NCBI GenBank assembly: GCA_035461105.1
Contig: DATHVV010000063.1
Span: 34,010-98,009, forward strand
Length of the DNA: 64,000 nt
Source of the DNA: Longimicrobiales bacterium
Lineage (GTDB): Bacteria > Gemmatimonadota > Gemmatimonadetes > Longimicrobiales > RSA9
Direction of reading: 5' to 3'
Position 1 is the stretch's first letter, and every line of letters starts with the position of its first letter. Shown here one piece after another: positions 37,588 to 49,001 of this stretch. The notes beneath the pieces are model-generated. The model saw nothing but the letters and a program-made list of their open reading frames with translations, had not been told where the DNA came from and searched no databases. The position numbers and the translations under genes were made by a program.

Positions 37588-39795
37588 ATGCGGTGTCGGT
37601 GGCTGGCCGTGGCGATCGGGCTCGGGCTGGGCGGCACCCCGGCCTGGGGCCAGACGGTGCTGGAGGGCCGGGTGGAAGACGGGAGCGGGCTGGCGCTCGC
37701 GCGGGCGGAAGTGGTGCTCCAGCCGCTGGGTCGGAATGCGGTGACGGATCGCGATGGGCGGTTCCGCTGGCGGGGTCTGGCGCCGGGGCGCTACCGGGTG
37801 CTGGCGGCGCGTATCGGGTACGCGCCGGCGGAGGTGTCGTTGACGCTGGGGGCGGGCGACAGCGTGCTGGTGGTGGTGCGGCTGGAGGCGTCGCCGCTGG
37901 AGCTACCTGGCCTGGAGGCGAGCGCGAGCATCGGTGCGCGGGATCCGTCGGCGGTGATCCAGGCGACGACGCAGCTGTCGGGGCGCAGCCTGGAGCGTGA
38001 GGTGGGCGGAAGCATTGCGCAGACGCTGCGCTACCAGCCGGGGGTGGCGGTGCGGTTCATGGGTCCGGGGGCGGCAGCGCCGGTGCTGCGGGGCTTGACT
38101 GGGGACCGGGTGCTGATGCTGCAGGACGGACAGCGGAGCGCGGATCTGTCGGGTTCGGCGGACGATCATGGTACGACCGCGGACCCACTGGCGGCCCAGC
38201 GCGTGGAAGTCGTGCGCGGTCCGGCGACGCTGCTGTACGGGAACAATGCGCTGGGCGGCGTGGTGAACGTGATCTCCGGGGATGTTGCGAGCAGCATCCC
38301 CCATCGCGCGGAGGTCTCGCTCGCCGCGCACACGGAGAGTGCGTATCCGGGGGGGGCGGCGAGCGTACGCACGATCGTTCCGCTGGGTGCGGCAGTGGCG
38401 CTCACGGCGCGGGCCGGGGGACGCAGTGCCGGTGACATGCGGATCGGTGCCGACCCGGTGCTCGGCGACCGGCTGCGCAACACGGCGGCCCGATCGTGGA
38501 ACGGGGCGGTCGGGTTGTCGCGGGTGAGCGGCGGGTGGACGGCGGGCGCGGCGGTGCGCGGCCACGGCTTCGCCTACGGGTTGCCGGTGCCGCCCGGGGC
38601 GGCGCCGGTGAGCCTGGAGGGATCGCGCCGGGAGGTGATCGCGCGGGCGGAGGCGGAGCTCGGACGCGGCGTGCTGGGCTCGGGCCGACTCGACGGGACG
38701 GTGCAGGATTACGGGCACGACGAGCTCGATGGCGAGGGCGCGGTTCAGCAGCGTTTCGCGCTGGCCACGCGCACGCTCACGCTGCAGCTGCGCCAGCGCG
38801 CGACCGGCCCGCTGCGCGACGGCGCGTGGGGAGTGTCGCTGCTCGAGAAGCGATACGCGGCCACCGGTCCGGCGGCGCTCACCCCGTCGGCACGTTCCGG
38901 GGCGTGGGGGCTGTTCGGCTTCCAGGAGCTGGGCTTCGGCGCCGGCCCTTCGCTGCAGCTGGGCGCCCGCATCGACGAGTACTCGATCCGGTCGCGCGCG
39001 GACGACAAGTTCGGACCGGCCCGATCGCGCCGGCTGCGTGCGTGGTCCGGGTCGGCCGGGCTGCGCCAGGAGCTGGCCCCGGGCGTGGCGGCGAGCTTCA
39101 CCTATGCGCGATCGTTCCGCGCGCCCACGGTGGAAGAGCTGTTCTCGGGCGCGCCCCACGCGGGAACGGGGGCGGTGGAGTACGGGAACGCGGCGCTGCG
39201 CGCGGAGCGCGGTGCCTCCGTGGAGGGGCTGGTCCACGTGCGGCGCAGCGGCGTGCAGGCGCAGCTCGCGGTGTATCGCAACCGCATTGACGACTACATC
39301 GCGCTCGAGCACGTCGGCGACACGCTGATCGGCGGGGCGCAGCTCCCGGTCTACGTGTACGGCCAGCAGACGGCGGTGCTGCGCGGGGCCGAGGGGTCGA
39401 CGGAGTTTGCGCTGGGCCGGACGCTGGCGCTCGGCGTGCGCGGCGACGTCCTGCACGCGGCGCGGACGTCGGGCCTGCCGCTTTCGTTCATGCCGCCCGC
39501 CCGCCTGGGTGCGCACCTGCGCTGGGACGACGGGCGGTTCGCGCTGGGCGGCGAGCTGCACCACGAGTTCGCACAGCTGCGGGTCGGGGCCGGCGAGGAG
39601 CGACCCACGCCCGCGCACACGCTGCTGCGGCTGGACGCCGCAGTGCGCCTGCGCATCGGCGGGCACACGCATTCCCTCACGCTGCGCGCCGAGAACCTGA
39701 CCGACGAGCTGCACCGGGAGGCCACCAGCCGGATCAAGGACTGGGCGCCGGCGGCCGGCCGCAACATCGCCCTGGGCTACCGGGCCTGGTTCTGA
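37588..39795 (+). CDS. TonB-dependent outer-membrane receptor with N-terminal carboxypeptidase-regulatory-like domain
   Basis: Signal peptide, then a CarbopepD_reg-like domain (VLEGRVEDGSG...AEV), a plug and a beta-barrel. The terminal residue is Phe (YRAWF). Confidence 0.85.
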   Translation: MRCRWLAVAIGLGLGGTPAWGQTVLEGRVEDGSGLALARAEVVLQPLGRNAVTDRDGRFRWRGLAPGRYRVLAARIGYAPAEVSLTLGAGDSVLVVVRLEASPLELPGLEASASIGARDPSAVIQATTQLSGRSLEREVGGSIAQTLRYQPGVAVRFMGPGAAAPVLRGLTGDRVLMLQDGQRSADLSGSADDHGTTADPLAAQRVEVVRGPATLLYGNNALGGVVNVISGDVASSIPHRAEVSLAAHTESAYPGGAASVRTIVPLGAAVALTARAGGRSAGDMRIGADPVLGDRLRNTAARSWNGAVGLSRVSGGWTAGAAVRGHGFAYGLPVPPGAAPVSLEGSRREVIARAEAELGRGVLGSGRLDGTVQDYGHDELDGEGAVQQRFALATRTLTLQLRQRATGPLRDGAWGVSLLEKRYAATGPAALTPSARSGAWGLFGFQELGFGAGPSLQLGARIDEYSIRSRADDKFGPARSRRLRAWSGSAGLRQELAPGVAASFTYARSFRAPTVEELFSGAPHAGTGAVEYGNAALRAERGASVEGLVHVRRSGVQAQLAVYRNRIDDYIALEHVGDTLIGGAQLPVYVYGQQTAVLRGAEGSTEFALGRTLALGVRGDVLHAARTSGLPLSFMPPARLGAHLRWDDGRFALGGELHHEFAQLRVGAGEERPTPAHTLLRLDAAVRLRIGGHTHSLTLRAENLTDELHREATSRIKDWAPAAGRNIALGYRAWF

Positions 39796-39818
39796 GCGCG
39801 GCGGCGTGCTCGGTCGGA

Positions 39819-39890
39819 GCGCGGCAGCGCGGCGCTTCGGGGCGCGGCAGCGTATCGGTTCCCGGGCGCGGCAGCGTGTCGGGATTTTCC
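39819..39890 (+). repeat. Three about-23-nt-spaced direct repeats (core GCGCGGCAGCG) upstream of the acetyl-CoA synthetase gene
   Basis: Core copies at 39819, 39842 and 39866. Extended consensus is CGGG(G)CGCGGCAGCGT(A/G)TCGG. A GC palindrome GCGGCGGCCGAAGCGGCCGCCGC follows at about 39950. Confidence 0.5.
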
Positions 39891-40023
39891 CCATCGGAAT
39901 GCGGTTTCCCCCGCTCGCCGGCCCGGCGGGCGGGGGCCTAGCTTGCGCTGCAGCGGCGGCCGAAGCGGCCGCCGCGGCTCGCGCGGATGCGCGGGGCACT
40001 TCCCATGGGGGGACGGATCCGGA

Positions 40024-42138
40024 ATGGTAAAGGTGGAGGGGCCGCTGCGGCCCATTTTCGAGCCGGTCTCGATCGCGGTCATCGGCGCGAGCCGGACTCC
40101 GGGCACGGTGGGCTACGAGCTCGTGCACAACCTGCTAGCGGACGGCTTCACGGGTGCGATCTACCCGGTGAACCCGAATGCGGTCGCGGTGCACTCGATC
40201 CCGGCGTACCCCTCGATCGAAGCGGTGCCGCACGCGATCGACCTGGGCATCATCTCGGTGCCGAAGGAGCTGGTGGTGGCGACGGCGGAAGCGTGCGGTC
40301 GGAAGGGTGTGCGTTGCCTGGTCGTGATCTCGGCCGGCTTCAAGGAGGTGGGACCGGCCGGCCAGGAGCGCGAGGCGGCGCTGCTGGAGGTGGCGCATCG
40401 TTACGGCATGCGCATGATCGGGCCGAACTGCCTGGGCGTGCTGAACACCGCGCCGGGCATCTCGATGAATGCGACGTTCGCGCCGATCATGCCGCCGCCG
40501 GGCCCGGTGAGCTTCATGAGCCAGTCGGGGGCGATGGGGGTCACCATCCTCGATTACGCGGCCGAGTACGGCATCGGTGTGAACCACTTCGTGTCCGTCG
40601 GCAACAAGGCGGACGTGAGCGGCAACGACCTGATCGAATACTGGGCCGAGGATCCGGCGACGCGCGTCATCCTCATGTACCTGGAGAACTTCGGCAACCC
40701 GCAGAAGTTCACCCGGCTGGCGCGCGAGGTGACGCGCACCAAGCCGATCATCGCGGTGAAGGCGGGACGTACGGCGGCCGGGGCGCGGGCGGCGTCCTCG
40801 CACACGGGCGCGCTGGCGGGACTCGACAGCGCCACTGACGCGCTGCTCGAGCAGTGCGGCGTGCTGCGCGTGGACACCGTCGAAGACCTGTTCGATCTGG
40901 CCATGGCGTTCAGCCAGCTGCCGGTGCCCAGGGGCAATCGCGTGGCGATCGTGACGAACGCGGGCGGTCCCGGCATCATCATCGCCGACGCCTGCGAGTC
41001 GTACGGCCTCTCGATCGTGGAGCTCTCCGAGCCGACCCAGGCGAAGCTGCGCGCATCGCTCCCCGAGGAGGCGGCCGTACGCAACCCGGTGGATATGATC
41101 GCGAGCGCCACCCCGGACACCTACCGGCTGGCGCTGGACGCGGTGCTGCAGGATGAGAACGTGGATGCGGTGATCGCCGCGTTCGTGCCACCGCTGCGCG
41201 TGCGCCAGCAGGACGTGGCCCGGGCCATCGTCGAGGTGCGCAATGCGCATCCGGGCAAGCCCATGCTCGCGGTGCTGATGGGCCGCAAGGGACTGCCGGA
41301 GGGCCGCGCCGAGCTCTCCGAGGCGGGTGTGCCCGCCTACATCTTCCCCGAGTCCGCGGCCAGCGCGCTCGCGCACATGGACCGCTACCGCCGGTGGCTG
41401 GCACGGCCGCGCGGCTGCGTGCGCGAGTTCGAGGTGGACCGCGCTGCCGCCGACGCGGTGCTCGCGCGCGCCGGCACGAACCCGGACGGGTACCTGCCGG
41501 GCCCCGATGTGCTGGCGCTGCTGCGCGCTTACGGCCTGCCCACGCTGCAGTCGCGCTTCGCGGCGAACGGTAACGCGGCGGCACGCGTCGCCGAGGAGCT
41601 CGGCCTGCCGGTCGTCATGAAAGTCGTATCGCCCGACATCGTGCACAAAACCGACGTCGGCGGCGTTGCCCTCGACCTGCGCACGGCCGACGAGGTGAGG
41701 CGGGGCTGGGACGCGATGCGCGAGCGGATCGCCGAGCGCATGCCGGCCGCGCGCATCGAGGGCGTCATGGTCGAGCAGTACGTGCGCGGCGGCCGCGAGA
41801 CGATCATCGGGATGAGCCACGATCCCTCGTTCGGGCCGGTGCTGATGTTCGGCCTCGGCGGCATCTACGTCGAGGCGCTGCAGGACGTGACGTTCCGGAT
41901 CCACCCGGTGAGCGATATCGATGCGCACGAGATGGTGCGCGCGATCCGCGGCGTGAAGCTGTTGCAGGGCGTACGCGGCGAGCCGCCCGCGGACCTGGCG
42001 GCCGCCGAGGAGGCGATCCAGCGGATCTCGCAGCTGGTCGGCGACTACCCGCAGATCGCGGAGCTGGACATCAACCCGTTCGTGATCTTCCAGAGCGGCG
42101 GTGTGGCGGTCGATGCCCGCATTCGCGTGGCCGGCTGA
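40024..42138 (+). CDS. Acetate--CoA ligase (ADP-forming) / NDP-forming acyl-CoA synthetase, fused alpha-beta
   Basis: Start MVKVEGPLRPIFEPVSIAVIGAS opens a CoA-binding domain. A succinyl-CoA-synthetase-like ligase domain with the phosphohistidine loop (MSQSGAMG) follows, then a C-terminal ATP-grasp. Confidence 0.85.
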   Translation: MVKVEGPLRPIFEPVSIAVIGASRTPGTVGYELVHNLLADGFTGAIYPVNPNAVAVHSIPAYPSIEAVPHAIDLGIISVPKELVVATAEACGRKGVRCLVVISAGFKEVGPAGQEREAALLEVAHRYGMRMIGPNCLGVLNTAPGISMNATFAPIMPPPGPVSFMSQSGAMGVTILDYAAEYGIGVNHFVSVGNKADVSGNDLIEYWAEDPATRVILMYLENFGNPQKFTRLAREVTRTKPIIAVKAGRTAAGARAASSHTGALAGLDSATDALLEQCGVLRVDTVEDLFDLAMAFSQLPVPRGNRVAIVTNAGGPGIIIADACESYGLSIVELSEPTQAKLRASLPEEAAVRNPVDMIASATPDTYRLALDAVLQDENVDAVIAAFVPPLRVRQQDVARAIVEVRNAHPGKPMLAVLMGRKGLPEGRAELSEAGVPAYIFPESAASALAHMDRYRRWLARPRGCVREFEVDRAAADAVLARAGTNPDGYLPGPDVLALLRAYGLPTLQSRFAANGNAAARVAEELGLPVVMKVVSPDIVHKTDVGGVALDLRTADEVRRGWDAMRERIAERMPAARIEGVMVEQYVRGGRETIIGMSHDPSFGPVLMFGLGGIYVEALQDVTFRIHPVSDIDAHEMVRAIRGVKLLQGVRGEPPADLAAAEEAIQRISQLVGDYPQIAELDINPFVIFQSGGVAVDARIRVAG

Positions 42139-42307
42139 ACCAGGAGATGGCATGGAAGGGGCGGTCCGCAATCGCGGGCGGCCCCTGCTCACGACCACAG
42201 CGAGCGTCCCGTGGCAGCGGCCCGCACGCCCCGGAACGCCGACGTCCCCCTCGGGGCGCGGCAGCAGTTGACACGCGGGGCACGGGCCGTGCACCGCACC
42301 GTGCGCC

Positions 42308-43645
42308 ATGCGAAGCTGGAACGGTGCGGCGCGACTGCGGGCGCTCTGGCAGGAGGTGACGGACAGCCTCTGGTTCCTGCCGGCCCTGATCACCCTGGGC
42401 GCCGGCGCCCTCGCCGTGCTGCTCGTCAACGTCGATGCCGGCATCGACGCCGAGGAGCGCTCGGAGCTGTGGTGGCTGTTCGGCGGCGGCGCGGAGGGAG
42501 CGCGCGGCGTGCTGGGTGCCATCGCCGGCAGTATCATTACCGTGACCGGCGTCGTGTTCTCGGTCACGATCGTGGCCCTCCAGCTCGCGTCCTCGCAATT
42601 CACGCCGCGTGTGCTCCGGCAGTTCATGGGATCGCGGCCCAACCAGGTCGTGCTCGGCGTCTTCATCGGCACCTTCACCTATACGCTGCTCGTGCAGCGT
42701 ACCGTGCGCGGTGCCACCGACGACGTCGAGGTCTTCGTGCCCGCGCTCGCCGTAACCGGCGCGGTGCTGCTCGCGCTGGTGAGCATCGGCTTCCTGATCT
42801 TCTTCATCAATCATGCGGCGCGCTCCATCCAGGCCTCGGTCGTGATCGACAACATCGCGCGGGACACACTGCGGGTGCTTGCGCTCACGTACCCGGAGGA
42901 GCCGGCCATCGCGGCGGATGCGCCGCCCGGGCCGGCCCGGCCGATCGGCGCGCGCACCAGTGGCTACATCCAGGCGATTGCCTACGACGCGCTCCTGCGG
43001 ACGGCGTCGGACCGGGACCTGGTGGTGCGGGTCGAGCGCATGCCGGGGGACTTCGTGCTGGAGGCGCAGCCGCTGCTCGCGGCATGGCGCACGCGCGCGG
43101 ATGGCAGCTCCGAGGCCGCCGTCCTGGATGAGGACGCCGCGGAAGAGCTGATCGGTACGCTGCACGTCGGCATGGAGCGGACGCCGCACCAGGACGTGCG
43201 GTTCGGCGTGATCGAGCTGACCGACGTCGCCGTGAAAGCGCTCTCCCCCAGCATCAACGACCCGACCACCGCGATCAACGTGATCGACCGGCTCGGCGAG
43301 GTGCTGCTCGCGCTCGCGCGCTGCCCGCCGCCCGGCCGGGCCCGGCGCGATGATGCGGGCGTCGCACGCGTGCTGCTGACCCGGCCCGACCTGTCCTGCG
43401 TGCTCGACCTGGCCGTGAACCAGCTGCGCCACTTCGCAGCGGGGACGCCGGCGGTCGCCGTCCGCCTGATCGACATGCTGGGCGCCGTCAGCTCGCTCGC
43501 CCCGGCCTCCGCGCGCGCCTGCATCAGCACGCACATAAGGCAAGTCCTCGATGCCGCACTGCGCAGCATCGAGGACCCGCACGATCGCATCTACCTCAGC
43601 ACGTCGGCCCAGCGAGCCCTGACCCGCGACGCCATGGAAGCCTGA
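42308..43645 (+). CDS. DUF2254-like membrane protein
   Basis: 445 aa with N-terminal TM helices and a conserved soluble C-terminal region. Recognised from memory only. Confidence 0.6.
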   Translation: MRSWNGAARLRALWQEVTDSLWFLPALITLGAGALAVLLVNVDAGIDAEERSELWWLFGGGAEGARGVLGAIAGSIITVTGVVFSVTIVALQLASSQFTPRVLRQFMGSRPNQVVLGVFIGTFTYTLLVQRTVRGATDDVEVFVPALAVTGAVLLALVSIGFLIFFINHAARSIQASVVIDNIARDTLRVLALTYPEEPAIAADAPPGPARPIGARTSGYIQAIAYDALLRTASDRDLVVRVERMPGDFVLEAQPLLAAWRTRADGSSEAAVLDEDAAEELIGTLHVGMERTPHQDVRFGVIELTDVAVKALSPSINDPTTAINVIDRLGEVLLALARCPPPGRARRDDAGVARVLLTRPDLSCVLDLAVNQLRHFAAGTPAVAVRLIDMLGAVSSLAPASARACISTHIRQVLDAALRSIEDPHDRIYLSTSAQRALTRDAMEA

Positions 43646-43716
43646 AGACCCGGGAGGACGGCCGAAGCACGTGCGCCCGAAGAAGCCGGCGCCCGCCTCG
43701 CCCTCGGCCTCCTCCC

Positions 43717-44746
43717 CTACGCCGTATACTCGTGCACGAACTCCGCGACCGCGCGCACCACCTCGTGGTCGGTGTCGGCGTGCAGACCGTGCCCGCAGTT
43801 GAAGATGTGCCCGGGCCGACCGTCGATGCGATCCAGGATGTCGCGCGTGCGGCGGAGCGCGAACTCGCGGCCGGCGAGCAGCGCGGACGGGTCCAGGTTG
43901 CCCTGTACCGCGCGGTCGGCGCCGATCACGTCCCAGGCCTGGTCGATCGGCATGCGCCAGTCAATGCTCAAGCAGTCGCCGCCGGCGGCGACGACCAGCG
44001 GCAGCAGCGCCGGGTTGCCGGTGAAGAAGTTGATGCTGGGCACGCCTTTCTCGAGCAGGCGGTCGAAGATCCGCTTCATGTGCGGGAAGACGAACTCCTC
44101 GTAGTCGGCCACCGAGAGGCTGCCGGCCCAGGAATCGAACACCTGGACCGCGGCGGCGCCGGCCTCGTGCTGGGCGACGCCGAACTCGGCCATGTGCGTC
44201 GCCCAGAAGTCGGCAAGGCGGTGCCAGGCAGCCGGCTCGGACCACATGAACGCCTTGAGCGAGGCGAGCTCGCGGGCGCGCCCGCCGGTCAGCAGGTACG
44301 CCGCGAGTGTCAGGGGTGCCCCCACGAAGCCGAGCACCGGCACCTGCTCGCTCGCGACCAGCAGCCGGATCTGCTCGAGGTTGAAGTGCAGCGTGACACG
44401 CGGATCGAACGGCGTCATGCGGTCGAGGTCGGCGGGCTTCTCGATGGGGTTCAGCACTATCGGGCCGACGCCCTTGCGCATCTCCACCTCGAAGCCGGCC
44501 CCGAAGTACGGCGTGGACAGGTCGTTGTAGAGGACCAGCGCGTCCACCGGGTAGTACTCCAGCGGCATGCGCGTGATCTCGGCGGCCGCGGGCGGGTCGC
44601 GCAGCAGCTCGAACATGTCACGCTCGGCGCGCGATTCGCGGTACTTCGGGAGCGCGCGCCCGGCCTGGCGCATGAACCAGACCGGCGTCGCATCGACGGG
44701 TTCGCGCCGCAGGGCGCGCAGGATTCGGTCATTCATGGGGGAAAAG
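43717..44746 (-). CDS. hemE: Uroporphyrinogen decarboxylase
   Basis: Start MNDRILRALRREPVDATPVWFMRQAGRALPKYRE is the HemE signature N-terminus. The upstream 148 aa of the ORF is A/P-rich and judged spurious. Confidence 0.9.
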
Positions 44747-44893
44747 TAGGCGTGTCGCGGGCAGCCGCCAGTCGCCGGAATCTGGACAGGCGCCGTCGGG
44801 GAAACGCCGACCGCGGCGCATCCAGCCGCGCTTGCGGGCGGCGTCCGCGCTGGCCGGCTGGTCTCCGGCAGGCCCGATCGATACCGTGGGGAC

Positions 44894-46438
44894 ATGAATC
44901 CGAAACGCAGATCCGCCCGCGCCGCCCTGCTCATCGTGTTGCTGCCGGCGGTGGTGGGCGCGGGGGCGCTCGAGGCTCGAACGGCCGCGAGCGCACCGGC
45001 GGCCGGAGCCGGCCCCGCACACCCCGGCCCGGCGACTTCACCGGCGTCCGCCGCCGACTCCGCCCGCATCGCCGCCCGGCTCGCAGCGGTACTGGACACC
45101 GGCGCGATGGCGCGGGTGCACTGGGGGATCGACGTGCGCGACGCGTCCACCGGCCAGGTGCTGTTCGGCCGCAATGCGCACCGGCTGTTCATCCCGGCCT
45201 CCAGCCTGAAGCTGGTGGTCGCGGCCGCCGCCGCGCATCACCTGCCCGCGTCGTTCCGGTACCGGACCACGTTCCTGGCCGGGGGTCCGCTGCGAGACGG
45301 CGTGCTCGAGGGCGACCTGATCGTGCGCGGGCGCGGCGACCCGACCATCTCGGGACGGTACGAGCCGGCCATGACGACGCTGCTCGCGGCGTTCGCCGAC
45401 TCGCTGCGTGCCCGCGGCGTGCGGCGCATCAGCGGCGCGGTCGTCGCCGATGAGACGGAGTGGCCGTACCAGCCGGTGCACGGGGACTGGGAGGCGTACG
45501 ACCTGAACTGGTGGTACGCCGCGCGCGTCGGGCCGCTCGGCTTCAACGACAACGCGGTCGACTTCCGGGTCGCCCCCGGCGCGGTCGGGCAGCGGGCGCG
45601 GATCACCTGGCAGCCGGACACGCGCGCGTTCCACTTCCGCAACGACACGCGCACGGTCGCGGCCGGCCGCCCGACCACGCTCGACTTCGATCGCGTCCCC
45701 GGCACCGACTCGATCTTCGCGTACGGCGAGATCCCGGCCGACGCGAGCGCGCGCACCGAGTCGTTCGCCGTGCGCGACCCGGCGCACTATTTCGCCATGG
45801 TGCTGGCCGAGCAGCTCGCCCGGGCGGGCATCGCGATCGACTCGGCGCACGTGCGCATCAGCCGGCCGCCGCAGCTCCCAGCGCGCGGCACGGTGCTCTT
45901 CGAGTACCTCTCGCCGCCGCTCGCGCGCATCGTGGGACCGGTGCTGCAGACCTCGCAGAACTGGTTCGCGGAGCAGCTGGTGCGCACGCTCGGTCACGAG
46001 GTCAGCGGGGAAGGCTCGTGGGCCGCGGGCCTGGCGGTGGAGCGTCGCTTCCTGAGCGACGTCGTGGGCATCGACTCCGCCACGTTCCGGCTGCGCGACG
46101 GCTCCGGCCTCTCCGGCGGCAACCTGATCACGCCCGCCTCGCTCTCGCGCCTGCTCGTGCACGTGCGCCGCGATCCGCGGCAGCAGGTGGTGCGGGACGC
46201 GCTGCCGGTGAGTGCGGCGGAGACCGGGTCGCTGCGCCGCCGACTGCAGGACCTGCCCGGGCGCGTCCAGGCGAAGACCGGGTCGATCCGCAACGTGGAC
46301 TCGCTCAGCGGGCTGCTGCGCACCGACTCCGGCCGCGAGCTGGCGTTCAGCATCGTGGCGAACGGCTCGGGCGTCTCGTCCGCGCGGATGCGCAACGTGA
46401 TCGACGCCGCCGTACGCATCCTCGCCGCCGAGCTGTAG
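44894..46438 (+). CDS. dacB: D-alanyl-D-alanine carboxypeptidase/endopeptidase (PBP4, peptidase S13)
   Basis: Signal peptide. SxxK (ASSLK), SxN-like and KTG (KTGSI) motifs in S13 order. Length is 514 aa. Confidence 0.75.
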   Translation: MNPKRRSARAALLIVLLPAVVGAGALEARTAASAPAAGAGPAHPGPATSPASAADSARIAARLAAVLDTGAMARVHWGIDVRDASTGQVLFGRNAHRLFIPASSLKLVVAAAAAHHLPASFRYRTTFLAGGPLRDGVLEGDLIVRGRGDPTISGRYEPAMTTLLAAFADSLRARGVRRISGAVVADETEWPYQPVHGDWEAYDLNWWYAARVGPLGFNDNAVDFRVAPGAVGQRARITWQPDTRAFHFRNDTRTVAAGRPTTLDFDRVPGTDSIFAYGEIPADASARTESFAVRDPAHYFAMVLAEQLARAGIAIDSAHVRISRPPQLPARGTVLFEYLSPPLARIVGPVLQTSQNWFAEQLVRTLGHEVSGEGSWAAGLAVERRFLSDVVGIDSATFRLRDGSGLSGGNLITPASLSRLLVHVRRDPRQQVVRDALPVSAAETGSLRRRLQDLPGRVQAKTGSIRNVDSLSGLLRTDSGRELAFSIVANGSGVSSARMRNVIDAAVRILAAEL

Positions 46439-46441
46439 CGC

Positions 46442-47245
46442 ATGGGGCCGCGTCCCGCGTGCGCAATGCGCGCGTGCCTGGCGCTGGCCCTGCTCGCATC
46501 AGGGGGGTGCGCGGGCGAGTCGGAGGCGTCGCGCCGCCTGACGCTCGTGAGCACGCACACGCTCGAGGACTCGGGCTTGCTCGACTCGCTCGCGGCCGGC
46601 TTCCGGCGGGCGCAGCCCGGCGTCCGGTTGCGCGTGGTCGTCGTGGGCAGCGGTGAAGCGCTCGCCATCGGGCGGCGCGGCGACGCGGACGTCCTGCTCA
46701 CGCACGCTCCCGACGCGGAGATCGCGTTCGTGCGGGACGGCCACGGCGTCCAGCGCCGGGTGGTCATGCACAACGACTTCGTGCTGCTCGGTCCACCCGG
46801 TGATCCGGCCGGCGCGCGCGCTGCCGGTGATGCCGCGGCCGCGTTCGACAGGGTACGCGAGCACGGGGCGCCGTTCATCTCCCGCGGCGACAGCAGCGGC
46901 ACACACGTGATGGAGCGCGCCATCTGGGCGCGCACCGGGCACCTGTCCTCGTGGCCCCGCTACGTGGAGGCGGGCTTGGGCATGGCCGAGGCGCTGCGCC
47001 TGGCCTCGCAGCGGCGGGGCTACGTGCTGTCCGACCGGGCCACCTGGATCGTCCTGCAGGAGCAGCTCGCGCTCGAGCTCGCGTTCGAGGGGGACCCGAC
47101 GCTGAGCAACGTCTACGCGGTGACGGAGGTGGTGAAGGCACGCAACCCGGCCGGTGCGGCGCTGCTTGCGGACTGGCTGGCCGGACCGGACGCCCGCCGC
47201 CGCATCGAGTCATTCCGCGGCGGCGGGCTGTATTACACGGAGTGA
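46442..47245 (+). CDS. Periplasmic substrate-binding protein (PBP_like_2 / tungstate-molybdate-phosphonate-type fold), orphan
   Basis: Signal peptide plus lipobox-like LASGGC. Family is recognised from the STHTLEDSGLLD and FISRGDSSGTH motifs, from memory. No cognate permease or ATPase is adjacent. Confidence 0.6.
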   Translation: MGPRPACAMRACLALALLASGGCAGESEASRRLTLVSTHTLEDSGLLDSLAAGFRRAQPGVRLRVVVVGSGEALAIGRRGDADVLLTHAPDAEIAFVRDGHGVQRRVVMHNDFVLLGPPGDPAGARAAGDAAAAFDRVREHGAPFISRGDSSGTHVMERAIWARTGHLSSWPRYVEAGLGMAEALRLASQRRGYVLSDRATWIVLQEQLALELAFEGDPTLSNVYAVTEVVKARNPAGAALLADWLAGPDARRRIESFRGGGLYYTE

Positions 47246-47345
47246 TGCAGAGCGCGGGCGACGCTCGACGCGCGCGGCCGGCTGGCGTCCACTGACGCCG
47301 CCTCGCGGTGGTGCCTCACGGACGCGCCCCGGGAGCTCGGCTCCG

Positions 47346-47960
<615 letters not shown>

Positions 47961-48106
47961 GGGATCGCTCCTCCTCGGTTCGGGCCGGCCGTGGTATCGG
48001 CCGGGGGGCACTGCTTGCGGATGTAGCCCGGGCAGCGACTGGAGGCAAGCATGGAACGGTCCACGGCGGGATCCGGCGCGCCGGGCGGCGCGCCGGTGGC
48101 GAAACG

Positions 48107-48463
48107 TCAGGCGGCGTGGCGGGGCGGTTCGGCTTCGTCGTGGCCCAGCACCATCGCCTCCATACGGCCGAGCAGGGAGTTGCTGCCGGCGCGGCTGGCG
48201 CCGAACAGGCCCCCGGCACGCGCGTCGGCCGAGTCGGCGGCGCTGAACAGGTTGAGCCAGCCGTCGAAGCGCTCGCCCAGCTGCAGCACGAAGTAGAAGC
48301 GGTGCCCGGGCCGCTCGCCGGGGAACAGCACATCAGCGGCCGCAGCGGCGAAGGAAGCGGGCATCAGCACGAGGTCCTTCAGGCCGTCGATGGCGAGCTT
48401 GATCTGGAATATCGCCAGGTCGCGTAGAATGACGCCTTTGGGCGCCGGTCGGTTCTGCTTCAC
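48107..48463 (-). CDS. Hypothetical protein
   Basis: 118-aa ORF with balanced amino-acid composition (K, I, F, Q present) unlike neighbouring spurious frames. No domain recognised. Confidence 0.4.
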   Translation of the reverse strand: MKQNRPAPKGVILRDLAIFQIKLAIDGLKDLVLMPASFAAAAADVLFPGERPGHRFYFVLQLGERFDGWLNLFSAADSADARAGGLFGASRAGSNSLLGRMEAMVLGHDEAEPPRHAA

Positions 48464-48577
48464 GGGCGTTTCGGAGTACGGGCGCGGACGCGCCGGAACA
48501 GCCAGGCCGGCGCGGTGGCGCCGGGAGCGCCGTCCTCCGGCGCCTGGGTACCGTACGCGGCTCGGCCGGAGCCGGTT

Positions 48578-48970
48578 TCAGCCGGTGCGGCGCCGGCCCG
48601 AATGGGTCCCGGAAAGCTCGCCGAGCGCCCAGGTGCCGGTGAACTCATCACCGGCGAAGTCCATATTCAGGCTGAGCGGCCCGTCCGGCGTGTCCGCGGT
48701 CACCAGTACCCGGCTGCCTTCGACGCTCACCGTCCGGATGGTCAGCGTATCGGTCACGGTGCTGGTGATGGTGCCGCCCAGCCCGGTGGCGACGCGGGTG
48801 ATGGTGATCGTGCCCGTCACGGGGGAGCCATCCACGACGGTGCTGAAATCGAACGTCCCGGTCGGATCGAGCGCCACCACACCGGCTGGCGGCGACTCCG
48901 CGCCCGGGTCGGGCGTCCCCGCGCAAGCCGCGAGCACCGCAACGACCATCGCCAGCAGCCACTTCGTCAT
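48578..48970 (-). CDS. Hypothetical lipoprotein
   Basis: Signal peptide and lipobox (LAAC). Thr/Gly-rich beta-like sequence. Length is 130 aa. Confidence 0.5.
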   Translation of the reverse strand: MTKWLLAMVVAVLAACAGTPDPGAESPPAGVVALDPTGTFDFSTVVDGSPVTGTITITRVATGLGGTITSTVTDTLTIRTVSVEGSRVLVTADTPDGPLSLNMDFAGDEFTGTWALGELSGTHSGRRRTG

Positions 48971-49001
48971 CGGGACTCTCGTTGGTTCGGGTGTCGGCGA
49001 C

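Noticed and set aside
40135-42678. 847-aa minus-strand ORF antisense to the acetyl-CoA synthetase gene
   Set aside because: Same reasoning. Its content is low-complexity and Arg/His-rich, opposite a gene with clear domain signatures.
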